A stretch of 64,000 nt of DNA from Alphaproteobacteria bacterium (GCA_947460385.1 CANHGT010000001.1:176-64175), one strand, 5' to 3'. Shown: positions 36,517 to 46,989, counted from the first letter of the stretch. The notes: generated by a model from the sequence alone, not told the origin. Numbers and translations: made by a program.

Positions 36517-39069
36517 CTATATATTAAAAGTTTCCAATACCAACTTTTCCACTTCATCTGCCGTAGCAAAAGTTAATGCCTTATTAGCCACTTCTACACA
36601 TTGTGCATAATTAAGAGTTCTAATTAAAGCTTTCACATCGGGAATAGACTTCATAGAAGTTGACAGTTCATGCACTCCAAGACCTAATAATATTGGGATA
36701 GAACTTAATTCTGAAGCCATTGCCCCACAAACTGCAGTTGGTTTATTACTTAAATTTCCACCATCTACTGTCATTTTAATAAGTTTTAAGATAGCAGGGT
36801 GTAAATTATTTAATTTTTTGGTTAAATGAGAGTTGCCACGATCCATCGCCATAACATACTGGGCAAGATCGTTAGTTCCAATAGAGAAAAAGTCTACATA
36901 TTTAGCCATTTGCTCTGCTAAAATAGCCGAAGAAGGAACCTCAATCATTGTTCCAATTTCTACAGGAACATTAATTCCTAATATTTTTTTCTCTTCTTCT
37001 ATAATTGCTTTTACGGCAATCATTTCACTAATATCACTAATCATTGGCACCATTATTTTTACCAGAATTAATGGTTTTACCTTTAAAATAGAACGAACCT
37101 GTGTTAAAAATATCTCTTTATTGTTAAAGTAATTTCTTACTCCACGCATGCCTAAAATTGGATTCTCTTCAGGATCAATATGTACATAACTTAAAGGTTT
37201 GTCTCCACCAACATCTAAAGTTCTTAATGTAACACTGCCTCCTTGCATAGAATCTAAAGCTCCTTGATATAACAAAATCTGTTCTGCTTCTGTTGGTGCA
37301 TTCTGAGAATTAAAAAATAAAAATTCTGTACGCAATAAACCCACCCCTTCGGCACCCAGTGCTAAAGCTTTTGAAGCCTCTAACGCATTAGAAACATTGC
37401 CTTTAACTTTAATGGCAACGCCATCTTTAGTAACTGCAGGCTCCATAGCATGAGAAATATTTTCAGCACGGACTTTTTCTATTTTAGTATGTTTTTCTAC
37501 CATTTCTGCTAGTATGTTTGCATCGGGATTTATAACTAAAGTTTTATCATTAGCATCTACAATTAAATTGGTACCATCAGAAATATAATCTAATGAATCG
37601 CCTAAAGACACAATAGCAGGAACACCCATATTTCTTAACATTAAAGCCACATGAGCTGTAGCTGAACCATGAGACAATACCACTGCCTTAACGTTTTCAT
37701 CAAACTTAGATAAATCAGATGGAACTAAATCTTTAGCTACTATTACAGTATTTTCAGGAAAAGAATCTATAGTTTTATCGGGCAAACCTAATATTTTAGA
37801 AATTACACGCCTTTTAATATCTTTAAGATCGGCTACCCTCTCAATTAAGAGGGCGTTACCACTTCCTTGTAGAATAGAAACACTATCTTTAATAGACATA
37901 GACCAAGCAAAAGCTGAAGACTTACCTTGAGAAATATATTTTCTTGCATTTTCTACAATAGCAGGGTCTTGTAAAATATTTAAGTGTGCGTTAAAAATCT
38001 CTACCTGAGTTTTTTGTGATTTTGCATTGGCTACTGCAATATCATTGTTAATGCTTTCATGAACCTGCTTCAAGGCATTATTCAGAAGCGTAAGTTCATT
38101 TTCAACACTACCACCTTGCTCATTTACTTTAATTTCTTCTTCACTCATCATTAATGACTTACCAATAACCATGCCCGGAGAAGCTAAAACACCTTTCAAT
38201 GTTACTGTTTTACTAAAATCTGTAACAATATCTTTAGCTACAACATTAGATGAAGCTACAGCACTAACCCCAGATTTTGCCACGTTTTCACCTAATCCAT
38301 CTATTACTGCCTTAGATAATTCAGCTACTGCACTACTTGCGTCATCACCATTTGCCACAAATTCTATTTTATCGTTAAATTTAATACCCATACCAAGAAT
38401 AGAAATTACGCTTTTAGCATTAGCTTTTTTATCATTACTTCTAAGTTCAATTGTAGATTTATATCTATTAGCTATTTGAAAGATTGCAGAAGCAGGACGA
38501 GCGTGAATCCCTGTGTGATTCGCCACAGTTAAAACTTCAGAAAACACCTCATTACTATTAGATGAAACAGATTGTACAGCTTCTAACTTTACACTAGCAT
38601 CTTTATTATCAATAACTACCAATTGTTTTTGCTTTTCAATATGACCTTCGGGCTGTAAAAATAATTTTTGGTCTTCCGACAAATTGGTAAACACCATAAT
38701 TACATCTATGCTTGGTGCGTTTTTAGAGATAAAATCAAAATCTACTTCTAGTAACTTTTCACCTTTTTTAACAGATTGCCCTACTTTTACAAAAGCTTTA
38801 AAGCCTTTACTTTGTAATTTCACAGTATCTATACCAACATGCAATAAAATAGTAATGCCATGTGCGGTCGTAAGTGCTACTGCATGATTAGAATCATGTA
38901 AAGTTTCAATAATACAATCACAAGGAGCAACAATATTTTGTACTCCAAGATTAGGTTGAATTGCCAAACCATCGCCCAGCATTTTCTCTGCAAATACAGG
39001 ATCACTAACTTTAGTAATATTTATTAAATTGCCTTCAATTGGTGCGTATATTGTTTCTTGTGATGCCAT
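36517..39069 (-). CDS. Multiphosphoryl transfer protein: PTS EIIA(Glc-type)-HPr-Enzyme I fusion
   Basis: EIIA region (DPVFAEKMLGDGLAI..., HAVALTT..., LLHVGIDTV). HPr region (NHTGIHARPAS). EI region (GSATAHVALMLRNMGVPAIV, GLLRTEFLF, RTLDVGGDK, FFSIGTNDLAQY). 850 aa. Confidence 0.9.
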   Translation of the reverse strand: MASQETIYAPIEGNLINITKVSDPVFAEKMLGDGLAIQPNLGVQNIVAPCDCIIETLHDSNHAVALTTAHGITILLHVGIDTVKLQSKGFKAFVKVGQSVKKGEKLLEVDFDFISKNAPSIDVIMVFTNLSEDQKLFLQPEGHIEKQKQLVVIDNKDASVKLEAVQSVSSNSNEVFSEVLTVANHTGIHARPASAIFQIANRYKSTIELRSNDKKANAKSVISILGMGIKFNDKIEFVANGDDASSAVAELSKAVIDGLGENVAKSGVSAVASSNVVAKDIVTDFSKTVTLKGVLASPGMVIGKSLMMSEEEIKVNEQGGSVENELTLLNNALKQVHESINNDIAVANAKSQKTQVEIFNAHLNILQDPAIVENARKYISQGKSSAFAWSMSIKDSVSILQGSGNALLIERVADLKDIKRRVISKILGLPDKTIDSFPENTVIVAKDLVPSDLSKFDENVKAVVLSHGSATAHVALMLRNMGVPAIVSLGDSLDYISDGTNLIVDANDKTLVINPDANILAEMVEKHTKIEKVRAENISHAMEPAVTKDGVAIKVKGNVSNALEASKALALGAEGVGLLRTEFLFFNSQNAPTEAEQILLYQGALDSMQGGSVTLRTLDVGGDKPLSYVHIDPEENPILGMRGVRNYFNNKEIFLTQVRSILKVKPLILVKIMVPMISDISEMIAVKAIIEEEKKILGINVPVEIGTMIEVPSSAILAEQMAKYVDFFSIGTNDLAQYVMAMDRGNSHLTKKLNNLHPAILKLIKMTVDGGNLSNKPTAVCGAMASELSSIPILLGLGVHELSTSMKSIPDVKALIRTLNYAQCVEVANKALTFATADEVEKLVLETFNI

Positions 39070-39271
39070 TGAAATACCTACAGTTATAGTGTTTAAATTA
39101 ATTAAAAATAATTATCCTAAAACTATATAACTTTTCTTACCAACAATCAATTAAAAAGATATTTCATGTCTAATCATATATTTTCATTGATTGTTTGCAA
39201 GAGATAATATATAATTTGTGTTGTTTTGATGAAAATCAAATATCTCAACAAATTTCAAGGAAATCAATATT

Positions 39272-40057
39272 TTGAATAAAACTTTTAATAATAACAATAA
39301 ATTTAGAAACAACTTTCGTATAAATTACAATAAGCCCTTAGACATAAAGTTCACATGGCTAATTGTAGGACTAGCTTCTGCACTAATTTTCTCTACGTTG
39401 TTTTTTTTAGCAGACCCTTACAGTATAAAATATGTGCTTGTCTATTCTTTATCATTTATGTTTTTACAATTAATTAACGAGCTTTTTGGCAAAGTAAATG
39501 CACTAAAAACCTACTATGTAGCATCATGGAGTACAATACTTTTTATTGGAATTGGATACCTGGTTAATGTAAGTGTTATAGGCGATACTTTAAATATGCT
39601 ATTATTTGCTGGCTTATCTATAATAGTTTCGCAGTTCGTAAACATTAAAATTTACGCTTTTATTAAAGAGAAAAAAAGGCATCTAGGTTTATGGACAAGG
39701 GCATTGCCATCTTTAATTGTTGCTCAAGTAGTTGCTACAGCTATCATGTATTCTTATGTGTTTATTAATGCAATCTTAAAAGCGCAAATTATTACAAATA
39801 TCTTGAATGATATTTTGTTAAAATTAATATTAGTTATATCTCACCTCATATTAATGTATATTTTATTGTTTTTCTTTAGAAAGAAATACAAAAAATATTT
39901 TCCTAATTTCTTCAACTATAAACCTTATCATCAAAATAATTATAAGAAATCTTTTAGCCAAGGGGAACAAACCAATGAAAAATATAATGCAAATGATGCA
40001 AAAAGCACAAAAAATGCAACAAGAACTAGAAAAAATTCAGAAGGAAATCAATCTTAG
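39272..40057 (+). CDS. Membrane protein, possibly VUT/YhhQ (queuosine-precursor transporter) family, with Asn/Lys-rich termini
   Basis: TTG start. Multi-pass hydrophobic core. The segment LINELFGKVNALKTYY resembles the YhhQ-family D.I.E.YG...AR motif. The family call is tentative. Confidence 0.45.
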   Translation: MNKTFNNNNKFRNNFRINYNKPLDIKFTWLIVGLASALIFSTLFFLADPYSIKYVLVYSLSFMFLQLINELFGKVNALKTYYVASWSTILFIGIGYLVNVSVIGDTLNMLLFAGLSIIVSQFVNIKIYAFIKEKKRHLGLWTRALPSLIVAQVVATAIMYSYVFINAILKAQIITNILNDILLKLILVISHLILMYILLFFFRKKYKKYFPNFFNYKPYHQNNYKKSFSQGEQTNEKYNANDAKSTKNATRTRKNSEGNQS

Positions 40058-40304
40058 TGAATTTACAGGGGTTGCCAACGGTGGTCTTGTTACAGTAGTT
40101 ATTAATGGTGCCACAGATATTTTAAGCATAGAAATTTCTGATTCTTTGAAAGAAGATTTAGACTTAACTTTAATAGCAGATATGGTTATTCTTGCCTTTA
40201 ACGATGCCAAACAAAAAGCCAACGTTGTAAGTGCTGAAAAAATGAAAACTGCAACAGCAGGTTTGCCAATACCTCAAGGAATGAAGATTCCGGGCTTGTT
40301 TTAA
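39975..40304 (+). CDS. ybaB: Nucleoid-associated protein YbaB/EbfC
   Basis: MKNIMQMMQKAQKMQQELEKIQKEI...GGLVTVVINGA matches the YbaB pattern. Precedes recR as in many bacteria. Confidence 0.9.
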   Translation: MKNIMQMMQKAQKMQQELEKIQKEINLSEFTGVANGGLVTVVINGATDILSIEISDSLKEDLDLTLIADMVILAFNDAKQKANVVSAEKMKTATAGLPIPQGMKIPGLF

Positions 40305-40340
40305 TGGCAAATAATAATCATATAAACAGCGTTAATAGCA

Positions 40341-40928
40341 ATGGATAATATTTTAGATCATACTGTGTTGTTATTGTCTAGGTTGCAAGGCATTGGTACT
40401 AGATCTGCTAGAAGAATCTTGTTTGACTTAATGAAAAAAAAAGAACTTTTGCTTGAACCTTTAATTCTATCTTTAGACAATGTAGCAAAAAACATTAAAA
40501 CTTGTCAACAATGCTTTAATTTAGATATTACAGACCCATGCAACATTTGTAGCGATAGCACGAGGGATAAGCAAACTATTTGCGTTGTTGAAGATATCTC
40601 TTCTTTATGGGCTATTGAAAATAGTAAATCTTATAATGGCTTATATTTTGTTTTAGGCGGAAATATCTCTGCCCAAAAGAATCAATCTCCGCAAAACTTG
40701 AATATTGATTTATTACTGGAACATATCAAAAGTAGTTCCATAACAGAGGTTATTATTGCAACATCGGCAACAATGGAGGGGCAGATAACCTCTCATTATA
40801 TTAAAGATCAAATTGACCCTAAAATAACCCTTACAATGCTTGCACAAGGTATTCCAATAGGTGGAGAAATAGATTATTTAGATGATATAACGCTGTCAAC
40901 TGCAATAAAACTAAGGAAAGTATTGTAA
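40341..40928 (+). CDS. recR: Recombination protein RecR
   Basis: N-terminal HhH (RLQGIGTRSARRI), zinc finger C..C...C.IC, Toprim segment ICVVEDISSLWAIE. Confidence 0.95.
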   Translation: MDNILDHTVLLLSRLQGIGTRSARRILFDLMKKKELLLEPLILSLDNVAKNIKTCQQCFNLDITDPCNICSDSTRDKQTICVVEDISSLWAIENSKSYNGLYFVLGGNISAQKNQSPQNLNIDLLLEHIKSSSITEVIIATSATMEGQITSHYIKDQIDPKITLTMLAQGIPIGGEIDYLDDITLSTAIKLRKVL

Positions 40929-40929
40929 T

Positions 40930-41481
40930 ATGCAAGATATAGATGTATATAAATTAGAAATTCTAAAATATCCTAATACTAAGCTCAAAATGATTTCTCA
41001 CACCGTAGATATAATAAGCGAAAACACTAAAGCATTAGTAGAAAAAATGTTTGAGACAATGTATGAAAATAATGGTGTTGGTTTAGCTGCCCCACAATTA
41101 GGTGTATTGCAACGCATTATTGTTTTAGATCCTCAAACCGATGAAATAAACACCCCCTACGTTCTTATAAATCCAACTATTATCTCACATACAGATGACT
41201 TAACGGAATTAAAAGAGGGTTGCTTATCTTTACCCGGTCTTTACTTAGATATTAGCAGGCCCAATGAAATAGTGGTAGAGTATATGGACATCAATAGTGA
41301 AATACAACAACTTGAGGCAACCGATTTCTTAGCAAAAATTATTCAACATGAAATAGATCATCTAAATGGTAAACTAATTATTGATCATCTGTCTAGCTTA
41401 AAAAAACAGTTGAAAATCAGAGAATACTATAAAATACTAAAAGAAAAAGATGAAGAATCTAAAGAAAAAGCAATGAACTAG
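40930..41481 (+). CDS. def: Peptide deformylase
   Basis: Motifs GVGLAAPQ, EGCLS and QHEIDHLNG. Confidence 0.95.
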   Translation: MQDIDVYKLEILKYPNTKLKMISHTVDIISENTKALVEKMFETMYENNGVGLAAPQLGVLQRIIVLDPQTDEINTPYVLINPTIISHTDDLTELKEGCLSLPGLYLDISRPNEIVVEYMDINSEIQQLEATDFLAKIIQHEIDHLNGKLIIDHLSSLKKQLKIREYYKILKEKDEESKEKAMN

Positions 41482-41492
41482 GAGACAAGCTC

Positions 41493-42428
41493 ATGAAAAT
41501 ATGTTTTATGGGTACACATACATTTTCTTTAAAAATTTTAAGTGCAATTATAGAAAATAATTATCAGCTTTCATGTGTTTATACTAAAGCCCCTAAAGCA
41601 CAAGGAAGAGGACACAAGGTTATTATGTCTCCTGTGCATCAGTTCGCCCTTAGCAACAATATTCCTGTAAGAACGCCTACCACTTTCAAAAAAATAGAAA
41701 ATCAAGAAGAATTTATTAAAGAAAATTTTGATGTCTGCATAGTAGCATCTTACGGGCTAATTCTTCCTAAGACCGTTTTAGATTCTCCAAAACATGGTTG
41801 CATTAACACCCATGCCTCTCTTTTACCAAGATGGAGAGGTGCTTCCCCCATTCAGATGGCTATTGCCTCAGGAGATAAAGAAACGGGGGTAACTTTAATG
41901 CAAATGGACGAAGGCTTAGACACAGGTGATATTATTAGTGTATCTACCACGCCAATTACAAATACCACAACCTCGCAAAATTTGTATGATAGCCTTGCTG
42001 ATATTGGTGCTAAATTGATTTTAGAGTTATTATATAAATTAAAGAATCATCAAGTTTTATCTAAAAAACAGCAACCCTTAGAAGGTGTAACCTATGCTCC
42101 TATTTTAAAAAAAGAACAAGGGTTAATAAATTTTTCACAAACAGCACAAGAAATAGAACACCGTATTAGGGGGTTTGAAAATTTTCCATCTTCTTTTTTT
42201 TATTACAACGAAGAACTCATAAAAGTATTTTCTGCTAAAGTTTATGAAGAAAACCATAATTATGAAGTAGGCACAATTGTCAATAATAATCCTTTTACCG
42301 TAGCTTGTAAAAACTCCTTTTTAGAACCTATTATAATGCAAAAAACAGGAAAAAAACCATTAGAGAATAAAGAGTTTGTTAAAGGATATAAATTTATAAT
42401 AAACGATAAAATTAATTACTTTGTATAA
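41493..42428 (+). CDS. fmt: Methionyl-tRNA formyltransferase
   Basis: HASLLPRWRGASPIQ motif. def-fmt synteny. 311 aa. Confidence 0.95.
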   Translation: MKICFMGTHTFSLKILSAIIENNYQLSCVYTKAPKAQGRGHKVIMSPVHQFALSNNIPVRTPTTFKKIENQEEFIKENFDVCIVASYGLILPKTVLDSPKHGCINTHASLLPRWRGASPIQMAIASGDKETGVTLMQMDEGLDTGDIISVSTTPITNTTTSQNLYDSLADIGAKLILELLYKLKNHQVLSKKQQPLEGVTYAPILKKEQGLINFSQTAQEIEHRIRGFENFPSSFFYYNEELIKVFSAKVYEENHNYEVGTIVNNNPFTVACKNSFLEPIIMQKTGKKPLENKEFVKGYKFIINDKINYFV

Positions 42429-42500
42429 AATAAAACTTATGATATATTACAAAATATATTCTACTATTAATTATATTTTTAACATGAAAAAGTGAAAGCC

Positions 42501-43493
42501 ATGAAATGTATTTTAATTGTTTTATCTTTATTAATACCTTTATCACTAAGTGTTTATGCTAGAGACAATATTAAAATAGTTGGTTCTTCAACTGTGTATC
42601 CATTTTCTACCCTTATAGCACAAAATTTTGTAACTAAAAATAATAATTTCAAAACACCAATAGTTGAAGCAAATGGTACAGGTGGTGGCATTAAACTGTT
42701 TTGTCAAAGCCCTGCTTTAGTATCTCCAGACATAGTAGATGCATCAAGAGAAATGACCGCAACTGAAATAGCTATGTGTAATAGCAATGGAGTTACCAAT
42801 ATTACTGAAATAAAATTTGGTTATGACGCTATTGTAATAACTTCACCAAAAATATTTAAAGATTTAAGCTTAACTACAGAACAACTTTTTTTAGCTTTAG
42901 CGAGCCAAGTACCTGATTCCAAAGGTAATTTAATTAATAATCCGTATAAAAAATGGTCTGATATATCAAAAGATTTACCAAGTTTACCAATTAAAGTTAT
43001 GGGACCTCCTTCTACATCGGGAACACGTGATTCTTTTGTTGAAATGGTTTTAATAGATGGTTGCAAAACTTTTAAATCTAACACAATAGACTGTGGCAAA
43101 GTAGGTAAAACTATTAGAAATGATGGAGCATGGGTTTCAGGCGGTGAAAACGATATTTTAATGATAAAAAAAGTTGCTACTTCCAATAATTTGCTAGCTG
43201 TTAGTGGTTATAGCTATTACGAGCAAAATCAATCTATTGTAAATGCTGTTAAAATTGATGGAGTATCTCCTAACAAACTTACCCTATCTAACAAAAAATA
43301 TAAATTGATTCGCCCATTATTTATGTATGTAAAAACAGATAATATCGCAGTTGTTCCTGGTTTAAAAGATTTTATGAAAGAACTTATAAATCCTAAAACA
43401 ATATCCGATAAGGGATATTTGCAAAAAGCAGGTTTAGTAGTACTTGATTCTAGTGAATATAAAGCATTAGTAGCCAAAATAAATAAGATTTAA
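42501..43493 (+). CDS. pstS: Phosphate ABC transporter substrate-binding protein PstS
   Basis: Signal peptide MKCILIVLSLLIPLSLSVYA followed by VGSSTVYPF and GPPSTSGTRDSF. The ORF is open from a GTG at 42492, but the ATG at 42501 is more plausible. Confidence 0.85.
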   Translation: MKCILIVLSLLIPLSLSVYARDNIKIVGSSTVYPFSTLIAQNFVTKNNNFKTPIVEANGTGGGIKLFCQSPALVSPDIVDASREMTATEIAMCNSNGVTNITEIKFGYDAIVITSPKIFKDLSLTTEQLFLALASQVPDSKGNLINNPYKKWSDISKDLPSLPIKVMGPPSTSGTRDSFVEMVLIDGCKTFKSNTIDCGKVGKTIRNDGAWVSGGENDILMIKKVATSNNLLAVSGYSYYEQNQSIVNAVKIDGVSPNKLTLSNKKYKLIRPLFMYVKTDNIAVVPGLKDFMKELINPKTISDKGYLQKAGLVVLDSSEYKALVAKINKI

Positions 43494-43518
43494 TTGATAT
43501 TGAAAATTGAGAATAGTT

Positions 43519-43551
43519 TGCCGTATGTTGTTAGTAATAAAAGATACGGCA
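43519..43551 (+). terminator. Hairpin between pstS and pstC (candidate partial terminator/attenuator)
   Basis: 8-bp inverted repeat TGCCGTAT (43519-43526) / ATACGGCA (43544-43551) followed by TTCT. The loop is 17 nt. Confidence 0.35.
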
Positions 43552-43609
43552 TTCTAAAATTATAAAAGGTTAACTATATAGAAAGAAACATCTAACATAA
43601 AGTGTAATA

Positions 43610-44989
43610 ATGTTTTTATTTTTTTTAATTTCTTGTATTTTGATTTTTATCTCTTATAAATTAGCTTTAAGAAAATTTACAGCATCTACTATAACCCGTG
43701 AAAATCGTAAACAAATCAAGTATTTTGCTTCTTACATAGTTTTATGGTCGTGCATTCCTAGTGTTATTTTCTTTTTTATTTTATATTTTTCTACTAACAT
43801 ATGGATTAATACGGTAATAACTAATAAGTTTATATCTAGTGAGCCTTTAATAGTTCAAGAAATAGTACAATCTCAATTACCTGCACTAGTTAAACAATTA
43901 AACGATACTAACAGCTTAGAAAACGTAGATTTTCCCTCATCTATTTCTAAAGAAAGAATACTAGAGATGGTAAAAACTATTGTACATTATCAACAATGGC
44001 AACAACTATTATTGTATGCTATTTTCGTTATATTGTTTATTATTTTAGCCTCATTCTTATTAAACACCATTAATCTCAAAGGAAATTTTCATAATAAAGT
44101 AGAAAAAATTATTAGGGTTGTTCTATTTTTATTTGCTAGTATTGCAATATTGACAACAGTTGGGGTTATCTGCTCTTTATTAATTGAAGCAATTAAATTT
44201 TTCTCGCAAATTCCCATTACCCAGTTCTTATTTGGTAGCAATTGGCACCCTGAAGACTACGAATTAGATCCTGAAAACAGCTTTGGAGTGATACCTTTAT
44301 TAAGTGGTACTCTTTTAATTGCCCTTATTTCTGTTTCTACTGCGATTATTTTAGGCTTATCTGCTGCTATTTATATGTCGGAGTATATGTCTAGCAAGAA
44401 GCGTAAAATTGTGAAACCAATTTTAGAAATATTAGCGGGTATTCCTAGCATTGTTTACGGATTTTTTGCTGCTATTACCTTCGCTCCTTTTTTAGTTAAT
44501 TGCTTTAGTTTTTTTGGTATTCAAGTAGAAAATGAAAATGCTTTAACTGCAGGCTTGGTAATGGGCATTATGCTTATACCTTTTATTTCTTCTTTAAGTG
44601 ATGACATGCTTCATGCTGTACCTAAATCGCTCCGTGAAGGTGCAATGGGTATGGGTTCAATGAAAAATGAAATGATTCGCAAAGTATTGTTACCTTCTGC
44701 TTTTCACGGCATTATGGCTGCGGTATTATTGGCAGTATCACGGGCGGTTGGAGAAACAATGATTGTTGTAATGGCTTCATCTTTAGCTGCCAACTTAACT
44801 TTTAATCCCCTTGAACCTGTAACTACTATCACTACACAAATTGTTATGCTGATTCAGGGAGATCAGGAATTTAATAGCCCCAAAACCCTTGTGGCTTTTG
44901 CATTAGGATTGTTGTTGTTATGTATTACATTAGTTTTTAACATCATTGCTGTTCATATAGTTAACAAATATAAAGAAAAATATGATTAA
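43610..44989 (+). CDS. pstC: Phosphate ABC transporter permease PstC
   Basis: Multi-pass permease with a BPD-transport core (SRAVGETMIVVMA). Position in the pst operon. 459 aa. Confidence 0.9.
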   Translation: MFLFFLISCILIFISYKLALRKFTASTITRENRKQIKYFASYIVLWSCIPSVIFFFILYFSTNIWINTVITNKFISSEPLIVQEIVQSQLPALVKQLNDTNSLENVDFPSSISKERILEMVKTIVHYQQWQQLLLYAIFVILFIILASFLLNTINLKGNFHNKVEKIIRVVLFLFASIAILTTVGVICSLLIEAIKFFSQIPITQFLFGSNWHPEDYELDPENSFGVIPLLSGTLLIALISVSTAIILGLSAAIYMSEYMSSKKRKIVKPILEILAGIPSIVYGFFAAITFAPFLVNCFSFFGIQVENENALTAGLVMGIMLIPFISSLSDDMLHAVPKSLREGAMGMGSMKNEMIRKVLLPSAFHGIMAAVLLAVSRAVGETMIVVMASSLAANLTFNPLEPVTTITTQIVMLIQGDQEFNSPKTLVAFALGLLLLCITLVFNIIAVHIVNKYKEKYD

Positions 44990-46199
44990 AAATAATATTG
45001 CCAAAAAAAGATACATCATAGAATTTTTATTTAAAAATTTAGGATTATTTTCTATAGTTTCTACTATTGTTATACTTTTCATACTGATGTTTTCTATATT
45101 TTCTAAAGGATATACATCTTTTTATACCCATTATCTAACCTTAGAAGTTCCACTTCTTCAACATAATGACAATGCTAACTATGAAGAAATTTTGTATGGT
45201 TCATTAAATGCCATGTTAAAAAAATCAAACATAGAAAATATAGACAAAATTCAAACAAGCGATTTATTAAGCTCTATCTCTATTAGTGAACTACAAAATG
45301 TTGCATCAACTTTAAAAAATAAAAATAACGCAGAATCACATAAAATAGAATTACTAGTATCATCTAATGTAGATATGGTGCTGAAACATTACTTAGGTGC
45401 AGGCTATCTGTTAAATGAAGAAACCATTCAGGCTATTGAGCAATTAAAAAAGCAAGGCTTAATTCAAACAAGATTCAATAATCTATTTTTTAAGAATTCC
45501 GACTCCCGTTACCCCGAATTAGCGGGAATTAAAGGAGCCTTTTTAGGTACTTTATATACAATATCTTTAACTATTATTTTCTCGGTAATTATTAGTATTG
45601 GTGCGGGAATTTATTTAGAAGAATTTGCCCCTAAAAATCGTTTAATAAATATAATTGAAATTAACATTAATAATTTAGCAGCAGTACCTTCTATTGTATT
45701 TGGACTATTAGGATTGACAATTTTTCAACATTTTTTAGGTGTGCCAAGGGCTACTCCCCTGCTAGCATCTTTTGTGCTTACACTGATGTCGTTGCCCACT
45801 ATTATTATTGCAACACGTGTGGCTTTATCTTCTGTGCCTAACTCTATAAAAGAAGCAGCATATGGCATGGGAGCATCTAAGGTTCAGGTGGTAATATTAC
45901 ATTTACTACCATTGTCTATGCCTAGCATATTAACAGGAATTATTATTAGTATTTCTAGGGTACTTGGTGAAACAGCTCCTTTGCTAATGATAGGAATGGT
46001 GGCATTTATGAATAATACACCTAGCTCTATTTTATCTAATGCTGTAGCATTTCCTGTGCAAATATTATTATGGTCAGACTCACCTGAGATTGGCTTCATA
46101 GAAAAAGCATCTGCAGCATCTATGCTATTATTAATATTTTTATTATTTGTTAACTGGTTATCTATATACTTAAGAAATAAGTTTGAAGTGAAACTATAA
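44982..46199 (+). CDS. pstA: Phosphate ABC transporter permease PstA
   Basis: Permease core SRVLGETAPLLMIG. Overlaps the pstC end by 8 nt. Position in the pst operon. Confidence 0.9.
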   Translation: MIKNNIAKKRYIIEFLFKNLGLFSIVSTIVILFILMFSIFSKGYTSFYTHYLTLEVPLLQHNDNANYEEILYGSLNAMLKKSNIENIDKIQTSDLLSSISISELQNVASTLKNKNNAESHKIELLVSSNVDMVLKHYLGAGYLLNEETIQAIEQLKKQGLIQTRFNNLFFKNSDSRYPELAGIKGAFLGTLYTISLTIIFSVIISIGAGIYLEEFAPKNRLINIIEININNLAAVPSIVFGLLGLTIFQHFLGVPRATPLLASFVLTLMSLPTIIIATRVALSSVPNSIKEAAYGMGASKVQVVILHLLPLSMPSILTGIIISISRVLGETAPLLMIGMVAFMNNTPSSILSNAVAFPVQILLWSDSPEIGFIEKASAASMLLLIFLLFVNWLSIYLRNKFEVKL

Positions 46200-46214
46200 A
46201 TAAGGAGTCTTATT

Positions 46215-46985
46215 TTGAGCGATATTAATGATAAAAAAATCTTAATTAAAGATGTAAATGTATTTTATGGTACTAAGCAAGCATTATTTGATATAGATCT
46301 ACATATTTTATCGCAACAAGTAACTGCATTTATTGGGCCATCTGGTTGTGGTAAATCTACATTTTTAAGATGTTTGAATAAAATGAACGACATGATAGAT
46401 AATTGCGTAGTTAAAGGTTCTATTAAGATAGATAATGATGAAATTAATGCTAAACATGTAGACCCTGTAGCACTAAGAATGAAAGTTGGCATGGTGTTTC
46501 AAAAGCCTAATCCCTTTCCTAAAAGTATTTTTGAAAATGTAGCGTACGGCTTAAAAATTCATGGTTTATGTAATAACAAAGCTGAAATGGAAGAAATAGT
46601 AATATCTTCATTAGAAAAAGTTGGTTTATTTAATGAAATAAAAGATCGGTTACACGATAGTGCACTCGGCTTATCAGGTGGGCAACAACAAAGGCTGTGT
46701 ATTGCACGAACTATTGCTATTGATCCCGAAATAATCTTAATGGACGAACCATGTTCAGCACTAGATCCTATAGCCACTGCTAGAATAGAAAGTTTAATAG
46801 AAGAACTGAGTATAAAATATACAATTGTAATTGTAACCCACTCTATGCAACAAGCTGCGAGAGTGTCTGATAATACTGCTTTTTTTCACATGGGAAAGAT
46901 TGTAGAGTTTGGTAAAACTAGCTCTATTTTTAGCAATCCCAAAGATAAGCGTACGGAAGATTATATAACAGGAAGAATTGGATAA
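46215..46985 (+). CDS. pstB: Phosphate import ATP-binding protein PstB
   Basis: TTG start. Walker [10 protein letters not shown], signature [13 protein letters not shown], Walker [13 protein letters not shown]. Confidence 0.95.
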   Translation: MSDINDKKILIKDVNVFYGTKQALFDIDLHILSQQVTAFIGPSGCGKSTFLRCLNKMNDMIDNCVVKGSIKIDNDEINAKHVDPVALRMKVGMVFQKPNPFPKSIFENVAYGLKIHGLCNNKAEMEEIVISSLEKVGLFNEIKDRLHDSALGLSGGQQQRLCIARTIAIDPEIILMDEPCSALDPIATARIESLIEELSIKYTIVIVTHSMQQAARVSDNTAFFHMGKIVEFGKTSSIFSNPKDKRTEDYITGRIG

Positions 46986-46989
46986 TAAA

